64,000 nt of DNA, from positions 44,952,001-45,016,000 of the forward strand of contig CM097885.1 of NCBI GenBank assembly GCA_044892525.1, written 5' to 3'. Origin of the DNA: Schmidtea polychroa (Eukaryota). Positions 15,401 to 29,079 of the stretch are shown here, piece by piece; the first letter of the stretch is position 1; each line of letters starts with the position of its first letter. The notes beneath the pieces were generated by a model. The model made no database searches. It saw only the letters and a list, made by a program, of their open reading frames with translations, and had not been told where the DNA came from. A program made the translations under genes and the position numbers.

Positions 15401-16139
15401 TACATTTCATTATTTCAAGTATAAAGCTTATCTTAATTAGGTAGGTAAATGTAATCTAAATAAATGTAATTCGCTGAAATTATATTTTATAAAAACAATT
15501 CATTAAATTTGGTATGTAAGTAAATGACACAGGCTACCTCCATAACGTAACCTGTAATTTAATTTACACAAAAATCATTTAAAAACATCAGATAAAATTA
15601 TGTTCAAATAATAATCATTTTTCAAATATAAACAACAATAAAAATAACTTTTGATTATTTTGTTTTAATTAACAAAACACTTGTTCAGTGTTTGATTAGC
15701 TTCAAATGTCAAAAAATTAGCAGATTATAAATATGTCATATTGTATTATAAAATTTTTTTTTTTCAAATTTCACCACTGATTTCTTTTTCATTGATATTA
15801 TATTAATTAAAAAACTTGACTAAAATAAAATCAATAAATATATCGATGTTTTTGATATTCACGAATTTTCGGCACTGCCTTTTATAATGTATTTTGAATA
15901 AAAAGTAAATTAACATTAAATTGAGAATTACACTAATTTATATCATTTATGAAGTCAGTGGAAAATAAATTTGTGAATGGTTTATCAAGAAGTACACAGT
16001 TTTCATACCTAATATACATTACAAAAATGAATGAGTTATACTATAAGCAAATTTCTAAAAGCTCATTTAAAAACAGTAAAATATGAAAATCCAATAAAAG
16101 ATTTATATTATAAAAATAGAAAATAAAGAATGGTCTACA

Positions 16140-16965
16140 CAACACAAATTGGCAAAAATAAAAAGAAACAAAATCTATTTTTACATAATGTTTTTTTAAC
16201 CAATAATTCATTTCAAAATTTATTTATTATTCACTATCAAATGTTTCTTTTTTGGGATTGCATTTTCGCTGCAAATTTCTTAAAATCTGGCTTATAATTT
16301 GCTAATGCAATGCGAAGAACTTCGTATAAGTGTTCATTTGTTAGCTAAGAGCGATGTTTTTACTAAATAGACTTCATTGAAGAATACAAAGATTTACAAT
16401 AGTAAGACGTGCCAAACATTGATATTAGACTGAAATTTTCCGAAATCAAATCATTTTGGAACAGTTTTAATTTTTTGTCAAGGCTAAAAATCACCTGGGA
16501 AAGATCAACGATGGTTTTTTCCCTTTTATGCAATTTTAAATTGAGTGATTGTAGATGTTCCATAAGAACATTATTCTTCTAACTGTGGATAAAAGTTTTG
16601 CATTTTTTAAGAAAATCTTTGATTGGGCCAATTAAATCACAGAAACGACTTAATACATTATATTAACCATCTCACAATAGAATAGAACGGCAACTCATTA
16701 AGATGGTCATCAAATTCTAATTCTTCAAGAAATCTTTAAATCGTCTATGATTTTTTGAGTTATTTCGAATATAATTAACAATCTTAAGCACTGTTTTCAT
16801 AACATTGCCATACTTAAAATATTTAGCTATTAAATTTTTACGGTGGATAATATAATGAACAGGTATAAAATCAGGTATTCTCGGATCACTTTTTAAAAGA
16901 TCAAAAAGACCTATATTTTTACCTAACATCGCAGATCCATCATCGGTTGCAACGCTTAAGAGTCG
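16140..16965 (-). mobile_element. Second, internally deleted copy of the same hAT family
   Basis: ATDGSAMLG...HYIIHR...VNYIR and LQSLNLKLH motifs; 3' part nearly identical to 12150-12420 in inverted orientation. Confidence 0.8.
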
Positions 16966-19083
16966 ATTCTTATAGTGTAATAATAACTTTAGTAGTAATT
17001 TTTTGTTGTTTAGTAATTAATATTTATAGTTTTTGTTAAATAATTTTTTTTAGAATTTCTGTTGGAATTTTATATGAATAAAGATATTTATTTGAGAAAT
17101 TAAGCAAAATTACTCAATATTTTAATGATTTTATATGTGTTTTTAATTTTTCGAATTTTTTTTGTAATAAATTTTTGTAATAGAAGTCAGCAATTTAGAA
17201 TAAAATTTGCGAAAATTATTCTATTTACAATTTAATTCTAACACTGGTCTACAAACACTTTTTTTGGTCTGGTGTCTAAGATTTTTCAACTGATTTATAG
17301 CAATTTGGCAAAACTGAATCCAAGAATGACACCCATTTTTCTGTATCAGGTTTTGTTTTCTGCTAACTCGATTTTAAAGAAAAAAAAGGATTAAAACCTG
17401 AATTTAAAAATATTATAAGCAATGTAAAACCGTTTCATTCTTCTCATTAAATTGTTGACTATTAGAGAATCATTTATTTTTTATGTTGAAATTCCTTTTT
17501 CATGATAATAAATAATATATGTTAAATTCCATTTATGACCCTTCATTCAAAAGGTTTTCCTTGGGACACCAATAAATTAATGTCATTTAGAATGTAATTA
17601 AGTTAATAAATTAAACTAATTAATATTAATATCAATTTACAAAATTAATAGCTAAATTAATAAAATACTAACATATTGTTATTAAAATATTATCAGTGAC
17701 ATACAAATATATTTTAATGTATAATTTTCCATGACATTTCTGGGGTTAAATGGCAGTGAAAAAAATTTATTTTAAACTTATATTGCAGAATAGACATTGT
17801 CGAAAATTAAAAGAATTAAAAATTATCACTTATTTTTTTACGTTTTTTTTATTACCATACATAAAACGCACAATGTATAAAATATTATTAATATATGTTT
17901 AACATTTCACGGGTACCCAAAAGACATATTTCTATCTGTACAAACCGCGATATGCCAATTATCCAATAATAATGTTGACTGAATTTAATTCCCATTATTT
18001 TTTAGAAAATAATTTATCAAAAATTCAGAAATGGGAAATATTTTTGTTTATTTTTCAAAGTCGGCATTTTCAGTTTATCAGTATGAATCTAATCCAATAA
18101 TAATTCTTTAGGTTTCTTATTTTTTAATTTTTCTTTCAAAACGCGTTTACATTCACTCACAAATGTAAATATTCTTAACATTTCAGAAATTAATATAAAA
18201 TAAAAACCAATAAAATAAAATTTTCCATTAATTGAATATTGATTTTCTATGATTGCGCAAAAAACACCAATCAGAACACAAATCCAAATCCATTTATTAT
18301 GTATTTTTATCTTAGATTTTATCGACATGTCTACAAAATTGATCAATAAAATTGAAGATGATATAAAAATAATTAAAAATAATTTATTACTATAATTATT
18401 AATATTTTTTTTTTGGATTAATTATCATTTTAATATATGTATAATTATTATAGTCTCAGTTTTTATTATTATTTTTTTAAATTAAATATATTTCAAGGCT
18501 TTGAATTAATTATAACCCTATATATTGTTTAAAAATACGGGCCTGTTAACCTGCTTTAGTTAGACAGAAATCTTTTCCATTTATTTTATACTTATTATTA
18601 TTACTTATTTTATTATTACGTTGTATGGGCTGGACTCCTACTAAATTTATTCAAAAGTGACCGCCATAACTTTGTCCCATTTACTGTTGTAGATAATAAA
18701 AATGTCAGATAATAAAAATATTTATTAATTTAACAATTAAAATATACAAAAAATATATAAATAATAATGTATTTCATATCTAGAAACATCTAGAATTGGG
18801 GACATTTATTCACGATTATTGCGAGGTAACTCAATGTCTGCTCCTTCCCTGGTAATTCTTGTTGTTTGCATGTTTGAGATTTCATGTAAATAGTTAACCC
18901 TAAATTCTCCCAACATATTTCTTCTTCAGTTAAATTAATTATTTTCGGTGTAAAGTTGTCCTCAAATAAGCTGGCATTAGAATTGAATCCCGAACCATTA
19001 TGAAATGATAAAGCTGTTGTCGACTTAGTTGACATATTGTGTTTAATATTCTACTCGTATATTGTTTTATCAAGAATATTAAC

Positions 19084-21338
19084 TAGTGTTTCCAATTCGG
19101 GTACCCGATAATTTGAGTGTTTTCTCGAGTATTTTATTACCCGGATAATTGAATTGGGTATCCGGATAACAAATTTTTGATGTTCAAATAATTTTCACAC
19201 CAGATTTCTCATTTGAAATTGTTCATAATTTCTATCAGTTAAAATACAATACTCTTGCAGATGGTGCTATTAGCCATCCCAATTGGTTTGAATATGAATT
19301 TATAGTAAAATAAGTTTATTTCTACTAATTTTATATAAGTAGGCTTTGTGGGTGGTTGCTATAATGTATATGTAAAAACTATTTAAAATTTAATTTTCTT
19401 TTTGTCATTTAAATTTTATTTGTGTAGACAAACTTTAAGCCATTAAATAAGTGATAAGTAAAATAAGTAAAACATTTATAAAGAAAATTTTAGGTGTTGA
19501 ATATTCTTTTGTTTTATTTATCAAAATATTCAGCATTTTTAAACTGAGAAACTTAAATAAGACATTATGTAAGTAGCGTAATATATAAATTTTATGCAAT
19601 ATATTTGTATTTTTAACTTATGATTTTTTAGTCCATAAAATTAAAATTTCGTCAAAACAATCGAGAGTCTGGAACTATTTCAAGAAAATAACATCAAATG
19701 AATCGAATTGCCAAGTAGGTGGATGCGCAAGGAAAATTTCAATTAAAGGTGGAAACACGACAACAATGAAAAACCACTTGAATCCATGATATTAATATCG
19801 AATCACTAACATGCGGCAGTTCTACGGAAATTAGTGGAGCATCACCAAATAAACGTGCTCATGTACAACCAAATGTGCGAAATACTAATTTTGGAATAAT
19901 GTCTTTTGTATACAGACAATCATTGGAAGAAATAATTGCAAGATCTGCTGCAAAAGATGGAATTTCATTTAATACGATTGTAAAATGTAAAGCTATTCGA
20001 GGTTTTGTTACTAATCGAAATTACAAAATGCCAACATCTGTAACTACTGTCCAAAATTGTGTAATGAAATTTTTCAATGAAAAAAAAGTGAAAACTATAC
20101 TATTGTTGAACAAAAAAATTGAAAATCATTCAAAATTTACAATTACAGTAGATGAGTGGACAGATATAACAATGCGACGATATCTAAATGTTACTCTAAA
20201 ATCAGTTAATACGCAATTTGTACTTGGTTTGGTGCCTATTATTGAATGTTGTACGTCCGAAAAAACAAAAGAATTAGTATTTCAACGACTTCTGGAATAT
20301 GGTGTTAATTTTAAGCGAGATATTATTGTATCAGCACATGACATGGTTAAATATGGAAAAATAATTTCTGCTGAAAGTCAATGGTGCTTTACTAATGCAA
20401 TACATTTGTCAGTCGTTGAAATATTTTACATTAAACCTAAGTCCAATGGTAATAATTCTACTGATGTTAACTATTCTGATAGTGAAGATGAGGAACATGA
20501 TAATGACAATAATGAACATGAGTATGAAAATGAAGCTGTAGATGAATCTGGTATGTTTGCTGAGTTTCGTCCTAGTCGTGATGTGGCGAAAGCAGAAATG
20601 AGAAAAATAATAAAGTTCTTCCAAAAATCATCACTGCGATCAGAAATATTGATGAAATATGTCATTACAAAAGAAAATAAACCACTAAAACTGTTGTTGG
20701 ATATTAAAAAACGATGGAGCAGCCTCGTTATTTCTATTGAAAGGTTTTTAAAAGTAATTGATTCGATTAACAGCGCTTTGAATGAACTCGGTGTTGAACA
20801 GAACAATACTGCTGAATTAGATAGACTAAAATTACAATTCGACGAATATTCTGATACAGGTAGTGAATATTTAGTATTACAAAAATGTATTGCTACGTTC
20901 ACAAATCCAACTTCTGAAAATAGTGTTACACTAACAGTTAAGAAAGAGTTAAAGCTATAAGAAGCACATAATGGATCTAGAACAGAGAGATTAGAAAAAT
21001 TATATCAAGCTTTACTGACGGTGAAACCAACATTTACTGCATCGGAACGTGTATTTTCCATTGCTGGGATATTTTGCAATAAACTTGGAAACAGAATGAG
21101 TCCTGCAACATTAAATGCACTAGTTTTTTTAAAATACTATTTCTTAAATAAAGGATAACTATAGAAATTTATTTACATATTTGTATTGTAATTTATTATT
21201 TCCAGATTTTTTAATATAGTTTTTTCAAATTTATATGAATTTTTAAAATTAGCCGGTTAACCCGAATTACCCTGATAGTTTGTAAAATGACTACTCGAAT
21301 ACCTGGGTAATTGTAATTCGGGTAATTTGGAAACACTA
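19084..21338 (+). mobile_element. hAT (Ac-like) DNA transposon with both ends present
   Basis: 12-bp TIR TAGTGTTTCCAA/TTGGAAACACTA; perfect 8-bp TSD ATATTAAC (19076-19083, 21339-21346); subterminal CGGGTA/TACCCG motifs. Confidence 0.95.
19660..21158 (+). pseudogene. hAT transposase (BED finger, DDE core, dimerization domain), disrupted
   Basis: SRVWNYF...C...C...TMKNHL, TVDEWTD, RWSS, ASERVFS; frameshift near 19790 and stop at 20958. Confidence 0.9.
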
Positions 21339-21677
21339 ATATTAACCCAGTTGAGTTATCTGTCCGCAGACATAACAGAAAGTAACATTCTCTTTATAGT
21401 TCCATTAAAGCGTTCAACTTAAAGGGTGCCTTGGAGCATCAAAGATTTGCCTAATATTAAATTCGTTACAAAGGTATGCAACATAACGGTTTCTGAATTT
21501 GAGACCGTTATCAGTGTGTAATACTTTTGGTACCATGCATGAATTAAAAATTTTCTCCAAACACATATAAGCATCTAATTAATAAATATTTTTATTATCC
21601 ACAACACTTTGTCCCAGTTATAACTATTTGACAAATATCGGTACTCCACAAGAAAGTTGATAAAACATAAAAGTCTT

Positions 21678-21858
21678 TTTTTAATATTTTATTTATATAT
21701 TAATCGTATTTTATGCTTTGTAATATGTGAGAATATAATTCATATAATAATTTATTTAATGTTTAATGATTAAACATTAAATAAAATATTATATGAATTA
21801 TATTCTCACATACTACAAAGTATAAAATACAATTAATATATAAATAAAATATTAAAAA
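21678..21858. repeat. Near-perfect ~180-bp palindrome (foldback)
   Basis: Arms of ~90 bp mirrored around 21768 with few mismatches. Confidence 0.9.
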
Positions 21859-22608
21859 CTTTAATCGTTTAATAAATAAAATGTCAATTGAAATGAAATC
21901 AATGGTGAAAATTGAAAAAAAGACTAATAATTTGTTTAGAGATTAAGACTTGCTTAAAGAACCAAAAAGTCTTATATAGATCTTATTCAAATAATAAAAA
22001 CCCTTCATAACAATTTCTATTTAATTAATTTTATTGTTTGAATGAATCCTTAATTGTGTTAAGGATATTGTATTAATTTACCAAATTAGTTTGACAAATT
22101 GCTGGAAATGAATTGTTACATAACAATAACAGCTAGTTTCCATTCATCAATCGTAATAAAAAACTCTTTAGATTGTTATAGTTTCTTTTCTATATGGTCT
22201 AAATGTCATGTTTTGTCAAAGAAAAATACTTAAAAAATTATAATAACATTTTGAATTCAAAAATTAAAAGCAAATTGAAATTGAACTTAATTGATACCGA
22301 TCAAGTACTATAATAAGGGGCCACGTATAATAAAATGAATTAATAATAATAATCGAAATCAAAAAACCGTGACAACTGGCACTGCAAATAATTACGAAGT
22401 GAAATGATGTGTCAGAATAAGTGTTTTATAATAATAATAATAATAATTATTATTATTATTTCATAATTTGTCTAAGGCCTTAAATGACATGAATATTAGA
22501 AATCTATTATGAGTCATCGGTCAAGTAAATATAAAATTTGTAATTTTCTATTGAAATATATCTAAATGTGATTCAATTATTACTTAATTTGTAATATAAA
22601 CATATATA

Positions 22609-22698
22609 CAGGGGGTGCTGGTAAATCCGTAACAACCGGCTTGCATTTTTTTTATTGCCAACAAACGGCTCGCGCGAGCCGGCTCCAGCACACCACTG
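22609..22698. mobile_element. Short hAT-type MITE
   Basis: Imperfect TIR CAGGGGGTGCTGG...CCAGCACACCACTG. Confidence 0.45.
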
Positions 22699-23060
22699 CC
22701 TGTTTCATAATATCCTGAATTTTCAAGTGTGCGTTAGATAAGGAATGTTCTTTAATTTTTTTGCGAAGAGAAGCTTGTCTACTATCTTTTTTAGTTCCAT
22801 TTGGAGTTATGGAACACGAAATCCATTCCTTAGAAACATGTACTTTTTTTCTGTCTCAGTTGCTAAACATTTAATTTGCGAACAATCTTTACATCCTAAT
22901 TTGCCAACTTTTATTATCAGCCATTTATATTGTTCTGTAAATAAACTTACTTGCTTTTCATTCCAACAATCAGGCAATTGGGTATTAATATTGGTATTTG
23001 AAAAGAAATCTTCCTCGATTTCTACAGGTACAACAGATGTTTCTTCAATATGTTCGTTAT
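22699..23060 (-). pseudogene. KIAA1586-like hAT transposase N-terminal fragment
   Basis: LPDCWNEKQ...FTEQYKWL...GKLGCKDC, then after a 1-nt frameshift VHVSKEWI...TPNG...[12 protein letters not shown]. Confidence 0.75.
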
Positions 23061-24360
23061 GATATTTGAGTTTATTTGTGTAACTGCAGAATTGTTTAAT
23101 TTGTTGCCAATTGTTTTTTCAGTTATTATCGGCTGCAGAGCAAAAAACGACAATAAATTTCCCTGTTTTCTCTTCATTTTGGGTAAACAATCACTATAAT
23201 TTACATAAAATTAGTATTCCTAATTTGTTTTAATATATTTTAATAATAATTATTACTTACCTATTAGAAATTGTAAATTTAGTTTTAATATTTTTATATT
23301 AAACTAGCTAGCTATTAATTTTATTTTATTAAACTAAAACGTGTACACATTAATACATTCCTAATATGAAAGACTATGTAAATTGTTATAGCAATACAAA
23401 ACTATATATAACACAAATTCAAATATCAAAGCCTACTACCATCAAAATAAGTAATTAACGGTTAGTTTTAAATTTTTGTTTGACAATTCAATTAGTTATT
23501 ATATCCCACCTAATGATGACAGGAAAACTGTCGAAATATGTCGTTAAAAGAATGTTTGATTGGCGTTTTCTTATAATTAAATCATTGCCATGTATGTTTA
23601 ACTATTTATAATTATCTATGTATGTATATAAATGAGTGATTTTGGAATAACGCTTAATTAAAATCACCAATTGGCAAATTTTATTACAACTTTTAATTTT
23701 GATTGACAACATGGCATTTTTATTTTAATGTTATCTGGAAATCGACTTTCCTCTATCCAATGATGAGGACATTTCTCCAATATGGACCATTAATTCTTTT
23801 TTAACTGTTATTTACAATATAATAATACCAAAAATTATTGTCATTAAAGAGTTTTTGAATTAAAATAAATATGAATTAAACCTCATACCGTAAAATAACG
23901 GGCTAATGTGGGGGGGAGCCGCTAAAGCTACTGTATGTTTGTACTATTATTTATATGAAATTCCAGTCAACATTATTTGTCAAAAGGATTAATAAGGCTA
24001 ATGGCAATTAAGTAATAATTACAATAAAATATATTGATAAATGACTGAAAAAGCACTAGCACTAATTATATCAATATTTGTCACATCAATAATTAATGGT
24101 GTCAATTTCTAAAATTATCCAGTGAAAATTTTTTATTTTGTCACTTGAATACATTGTCTTGTTATTTCATGACAAAAATAAATTTAAAAAATTTAAAAAA
24201 TAAAATAAACCTGAAAATTATAAAATTCTTTATTTGTTTTATTGTACAGCTGATGTTGAAAACGAACACAATGAGTGTTTATTCAATATCAAAGGAAAAT
24301 ATTTTCTTTTCAAATATGTTTGGTGTTAAAATGTTTTCGAATTTACTATGAGACTTTTAA

Positions 24361-24525
<165 letters not shown>

Positions 24526-25055
24526 TAAATTGTAATAAATCAATATATTGTATAAACTTCCATTGCTTTTTACATGATGTGTTCTGGACAACAAGTTGAA
24601 TGTCAATTGACATGAAATTAATTTGGGAACAATCTAATAAATTTTGTTGCCATTTAATTTAATAACGGGAAATTGCTATTGAAAAATGTCTAATAAATAA
24701 AGCTGATGCACTTTCTGTAACTCCATTAATTTTTTTTTGACTGATTAACAAAATAAAAAATTTATAACGTTGATATTGGCGTTGCTGCTGATGATGGATA
24801 TGTTACCGGAACTGCTTGATATGACCGGTAAAGGTAAATGTAAGTATTTTTCATTTTTGAAAATTTTTTTAATAATATTTTTAATTACGTTATATAATTG
24901 GAATAATTTGGCCATATTTTAAGAAACGAAATTATAAAATTGTTTTTAGAAAAAAGTGTTGTGCTTTCCAGTGTACCAGGGAAAGCAAGCAATGGAGTTG
25001 AATCAGCAATATTGTATACTTACCTGGCGCGAAGAGAAATCTTCGCGTCTCCTGC

Positions 25056-25097
25056 ATAGTACTGATGAGAGCCAAAAGCTCGAAACTAGTCTACTAT
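25056..25097 (+). ncRNA. Minimal type I hammerhead ribozyme (Penelope-type)
   Basis: Stem I ATAGTA/TACTAT; core CTGATGA; stem II GAGC-caaaa-GCTC; GAAA; palindromic mini stem III CTAG; GTC cleavage triplet. Confidence 0.85.
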
Positions 25098-25929
25098 TGG
25101 GATTTGCACTAGGTATCACAAAGCTTGTAATGTTTATATTATTTTAATGTTAGATCTCCGTAAAAAATATTTTACACTATTTACATTAATTTATCCCAAC
25201 TAATTCCAATTTTAAGTTCATGGGACTAATTGCCACAGAGTGATGAAGTCATATTATTTAAAAAGCCATTGCAATAGTAATTACTATATATGTTCCATAT
25301 ACAAGACTCTCAATATTACCTCTTATAAAATCTTTGATAAACAACATAAAGAGCATATAAATGCATTTTTAGAAACGAACCACTATCTTTTAGTAAGTAA
25401 AAATATAAACACCAAGAAGAAATCATATCCGACGAAGAAGAAGAAGATTTTGTCTTCGTGGATGAATGGATGCCAGAGAAAGATATGGCAGAAATTTCTA
25501 CCGCGGAATATGATTTGAAACGTAGTTATCAAATCATCAAAATGCATTTGTAGAAATATAATGTGACGGATATTTTATTACCAGTTAGTGAAATTGAATT
25601 ACGCATTAATTGAATTAAAAAATGTAAAAATTCAATTCTGATTTTATGTGGAATTCATCAGAGGTAAAAACAAAAAAATAGCGGTGTTAATTTCTGAATA
25701 TTTTTTGTGAAGGTAGAACAAAATTATGCAAGAAAATGTTTATTTAATCTGAACGAGGCAGCAGCTGATCTGTGAACGAAATACTCGAGGTGTTTTTCAA
25801 CATTACAATATTTTGACCGATAAGTAGACTATCTGACTATAGGTCCTTACCAACACTACGAGTAATAAAAGCAAAACACACAATTATTAATTGTTCGGAC
25901 ACAAAATAAGACCAAGAGCTTGTTCCATT

Positions 25930-26101
25930 GTGAATTAGCAAGGTTAAATGGAGGTTAGAGAAAGACGAGTTAACAGTGTGTCAGTAAGTGTGGGTTCTGA
26001 ATAAGGAAAATAAACCCACTGGGGAGTCGCAGTTCGGAAGAATCATTCAGTTGATGCCCGGAAAGGATGAACAAACAAGCGTGGTGAAGTTGCAATTATG
26101 A
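25930..26101 (+). mobile_element. BEL/Pao integrase C-terminal relic
   Basis: FGRIIQLMPGKDEQTSVVKL matches the Pao GRI..PG.DG..RVV motif. Confidence 0.55.
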
Positions 26102-26843
26102 CGGTTAGATTGTGTATGATTGGTGATTATTGTTAACTTTACAGTTTTTCAGGCTGTGGTTTTCAAGTTTCTGCTTAATTTCAAACTATCAAAATTCTGA
26201 CCAAACTCTTAAAGTCTTGAGATATGTATAAATTCATGTTTGATAAAGTGACAACCGAGATCAGTCTTTCATTCCAATGACAATTATTAGTTGTACTATA
26301 GGTGATTCTGTACAGCATTTAATTAGTTTAATAGTCACAGATCAAGAAATATTTGCTTTATTAAGAGCGACCGAAAGCATTTTGAGTCCAATAATATTTG
26401 TCTTGTCTCTAATTGAGATTCTTAACTATATCCGTAAACAGTTGTACACTACAAATTCCTTTCAAATCCTTAATCTTCCATTATATCAGATTGGCACAAG
26501 GAGCGATAAAATACAGGTTAAGTCAACATACAACATTGGAAATATGATCAATATGAACGAAAAAGGCGTTATTTTAAAGCATCCACATTTTTACACAATA
26601 CATTAGACAAATGTAGCAGGAGTTACACAGATGTATTTACTAATGTAAAAAATGAGGCAGATTTCACTATATTACTGATGTGAATCTACAAAAATTAATA
26701 AAGACCAGTAGATCAACAATAGATTGCCCAGTCCATATTTAATGCATATGATACAAATGATGCCTTAATGGATTTAAAGGAAAATTCCCTCATAAAAAAC
26801 ATTTTTTTATAAGTTTGGCAACCACATTATATACAATGCTTAA

Positions 26844-27076
26844 CCCTTAATTGCATGATTTTTTATTCATTTTGAATAAAATAAAATAACGTTCCTTTGA
26901 TTGAATATATTATTATAAAAATAATTTAAAAAATCTAATGTAAAATGAACTTAATCCGTTAAACAGCTTTGTAGCTCACAAGCAACACAATGAAATGGTT
27001 AGTTCTTATTTATTTTAGGCGATCTAAACGTGAAATTCTGGTATGCTGCAAATTTGCTACACAATGCAATTAAGGG
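26844..27076. mobile_element. piggyBac-type MITE
   Basis: TTAA TSD on both sides; 13-bp TIR CCCTTAATTGCAT/ATGCAATTAAGGG. Confidence 0.85.
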
Positions 27077-27089
27077 TTAAAAAGATTTA

Positions 27090-27200
27090 ATTTTTAGCGA
27101 TTGGTTAAAGTTGGTAAATCCTCCATATGTAATTTACACGGATTTCGAGTCAGGTTTATCCGGTGATGAAAGACAACGTCAAACTCATTTGCCGATAGCA
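27090..27200 (+). pseudogene. Polinton pPolB exonuclease motif relic
   Basis: PPYVIYTDFES...QTHLP, comparable to VVYCDFEA...KQLP in the intact PolB at ~56620. Confidence 0.4.
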
Positions 27201-28137
27201 GAGAGGCTCACTTCTCACTACTAACCTGCTTTGATGTGATATTTATAAATAAACATTGAATTAAAACGGAAATTCACTTATTTTTGGTTCTAAGCATCTA
27301 AATTAAAATTAATATCAAAATTTTAAAAAGAATAAGTTTAATTTAAACAAATTAATCTAAATAAAATTGAAATAACAACTTCAAAAGATGGTTCGGTTTC
27401 CTTTTCTCGTGACAATTAAAAAGGACTTAATATATTATTTTAATTAAATAATTAGTAATAATTTTATAAACATATTTAACCTTAACTATTTAATATTGAA
27501 TATGAAATGATTACTTATGACATTGATGTATACAGATAAAACTCAGCATATAAACATTTCAATGGGAACGTCTGCAAAGTTTTACTGGCATCAATACGAT
27601 TGAATTTCGTCAACTTTATACTTTTAACAAAAGTTCGCATACCCCTTCAATTACCAAAGTACAGTAAGGGTAACATTAGCAATATTACTATTATGTAATC
27701 AGTAGCATAATTCATAAATTTTTTCATCTTTGATCTATTTTCTTCATTTAGATTTCGACTTATGATCAATGTTTTTTCATTTTTAAAATAAATTTTCGAA
27801 ACCGACTTTTTAAGAATTATTATAAAATATCATTTGAAAAGAGAAATACCAAATACGCAGTATTATATAGGAAAGGTATGATTTTTCTAAACTTAATAAA
27901 TATTTTCCAAATGTACAAATTTTCTGTTCCACATTAATAGTAATGGAATTGCAAATGAAAAAGCCAAAATCATTTGACAACTTGAATTAATTAATAAATT
28001 AATAAATAACAATGGTAATTTTTCACACAAATAAAAGATCATATTTTTTTATTTTTGCTGTATATTTAGACGGCTCAGCTGTCATCATCAGGCACTAAAT
28101 AAATTCGATAAAAGTGATCATGCTTTAAGGTTCATTA

Positions 28138-28380
28138 CAGTGGCGGCTCGTACTCAAAAACTTTGTGAAAGCAATAAAAAAAATTCAAAAATTTTTTTTA
28201 TTTATATAAAAACTCAATTCTTCTTGTTTATCTACAAAATTCTTTAATTACTAAATCATAATAATTGTTCTTAGTACCCAAAAGTTCTTTATAAAAGATA
28301 TTAAAAATTTTAAATATAGAATTTCTCAAAATTGAAGTGCAATCAATGCTTGCATTGCTTATATGAACGAACCACCACTG
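28138..28380. mobile_element. hAT-type MITE
   Basis: TIR CAGTGGCGGCTCGT/ACGAACCACCACTG; 8-bp TSD GTTCATTA on both sides. Confidence 0.88.
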
Positions 28381-29079
28381 GTTCATTAGTAATTACATGA
28401 TCAGTGAAAAATCAGTGAAAAAGTATTAACTAATTAATTAAAAACTCGAAATAGAAAATAATATTACATTTTGTTCTTTGATGTTAGGGTTAAATGATTT
28501 TATCACCAAAGCCTCAAAAATGATGAGTTCTTAATAATTTTTGAAATTCTTAGATAGCACTTTAAAATTGAAAATATCATCAATGTCATAACGCGTCTTA
28601 TTATGTTAAATAATATTACCATACTATCTTTACGTTCAAGGCGGCCTAGTTGATTTGAATTCTGTGTAATTCTCAATAACTTTTCTGATTGTTTCTAATG
28701 AATTATTTAACCTTTCTATTAGTAATATATGTTGCTTCCGGTTATCAATAGCGTAGTGAGAGTATCTTACACCCTGGAGCAACAAGCAAATTCTAATCCC
28801 TCCTAGCCAAAGATATTTTTTTCAAAACATTCCTAGTATTTTTATGTAGGTAAAATAAAAATTATTGAATCTTTTGTCGATTAAATAGACTTTAAAAACA
28901 AGCCAGCGCTAGATCAATGTAGTTCAAATCAAAAATTAAGTAGATCAAATACACATTCTATATAGTTTAATTAAATCGACTTTAAAAACAGGCCACCGCT
29001 GGATCAAATAAATACTATATAGTTTAATATATACATACATACTTTGAGGGTAGAAAAACTGACTGTACGCGTCTATGTG

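Larger units (their letters stand above)
18685..21606 (-). mobile_element. TGT..ACA TIR transposon with an rve integrase remnant (Ginger/IS481-like), interrupted by a hAT
   Basis: TIR TGTTGT(A/G)GATAATAAAAAT at both ends; minus-strand DNG.KFRN...LCNEFNIRQI..PRHP...VERFNGTIKRML at ~21350-21535, continuing on the other side of the hAT. Confidence 0.7.

Noticed and set aside
17899..18420. Hydrophobic minus-strand ORF pieces faintly like a KDEL receptor (SQHYYWIIGISRF)
   Set aside because: Similarity is too weak by eye, in-frame stops intervene and no clear splice sites were found.
28735..28810. tRNA/SINE-like stretch (TAGCGTAGTG)
   Set aside because: No cloverleaf or convincing B box.
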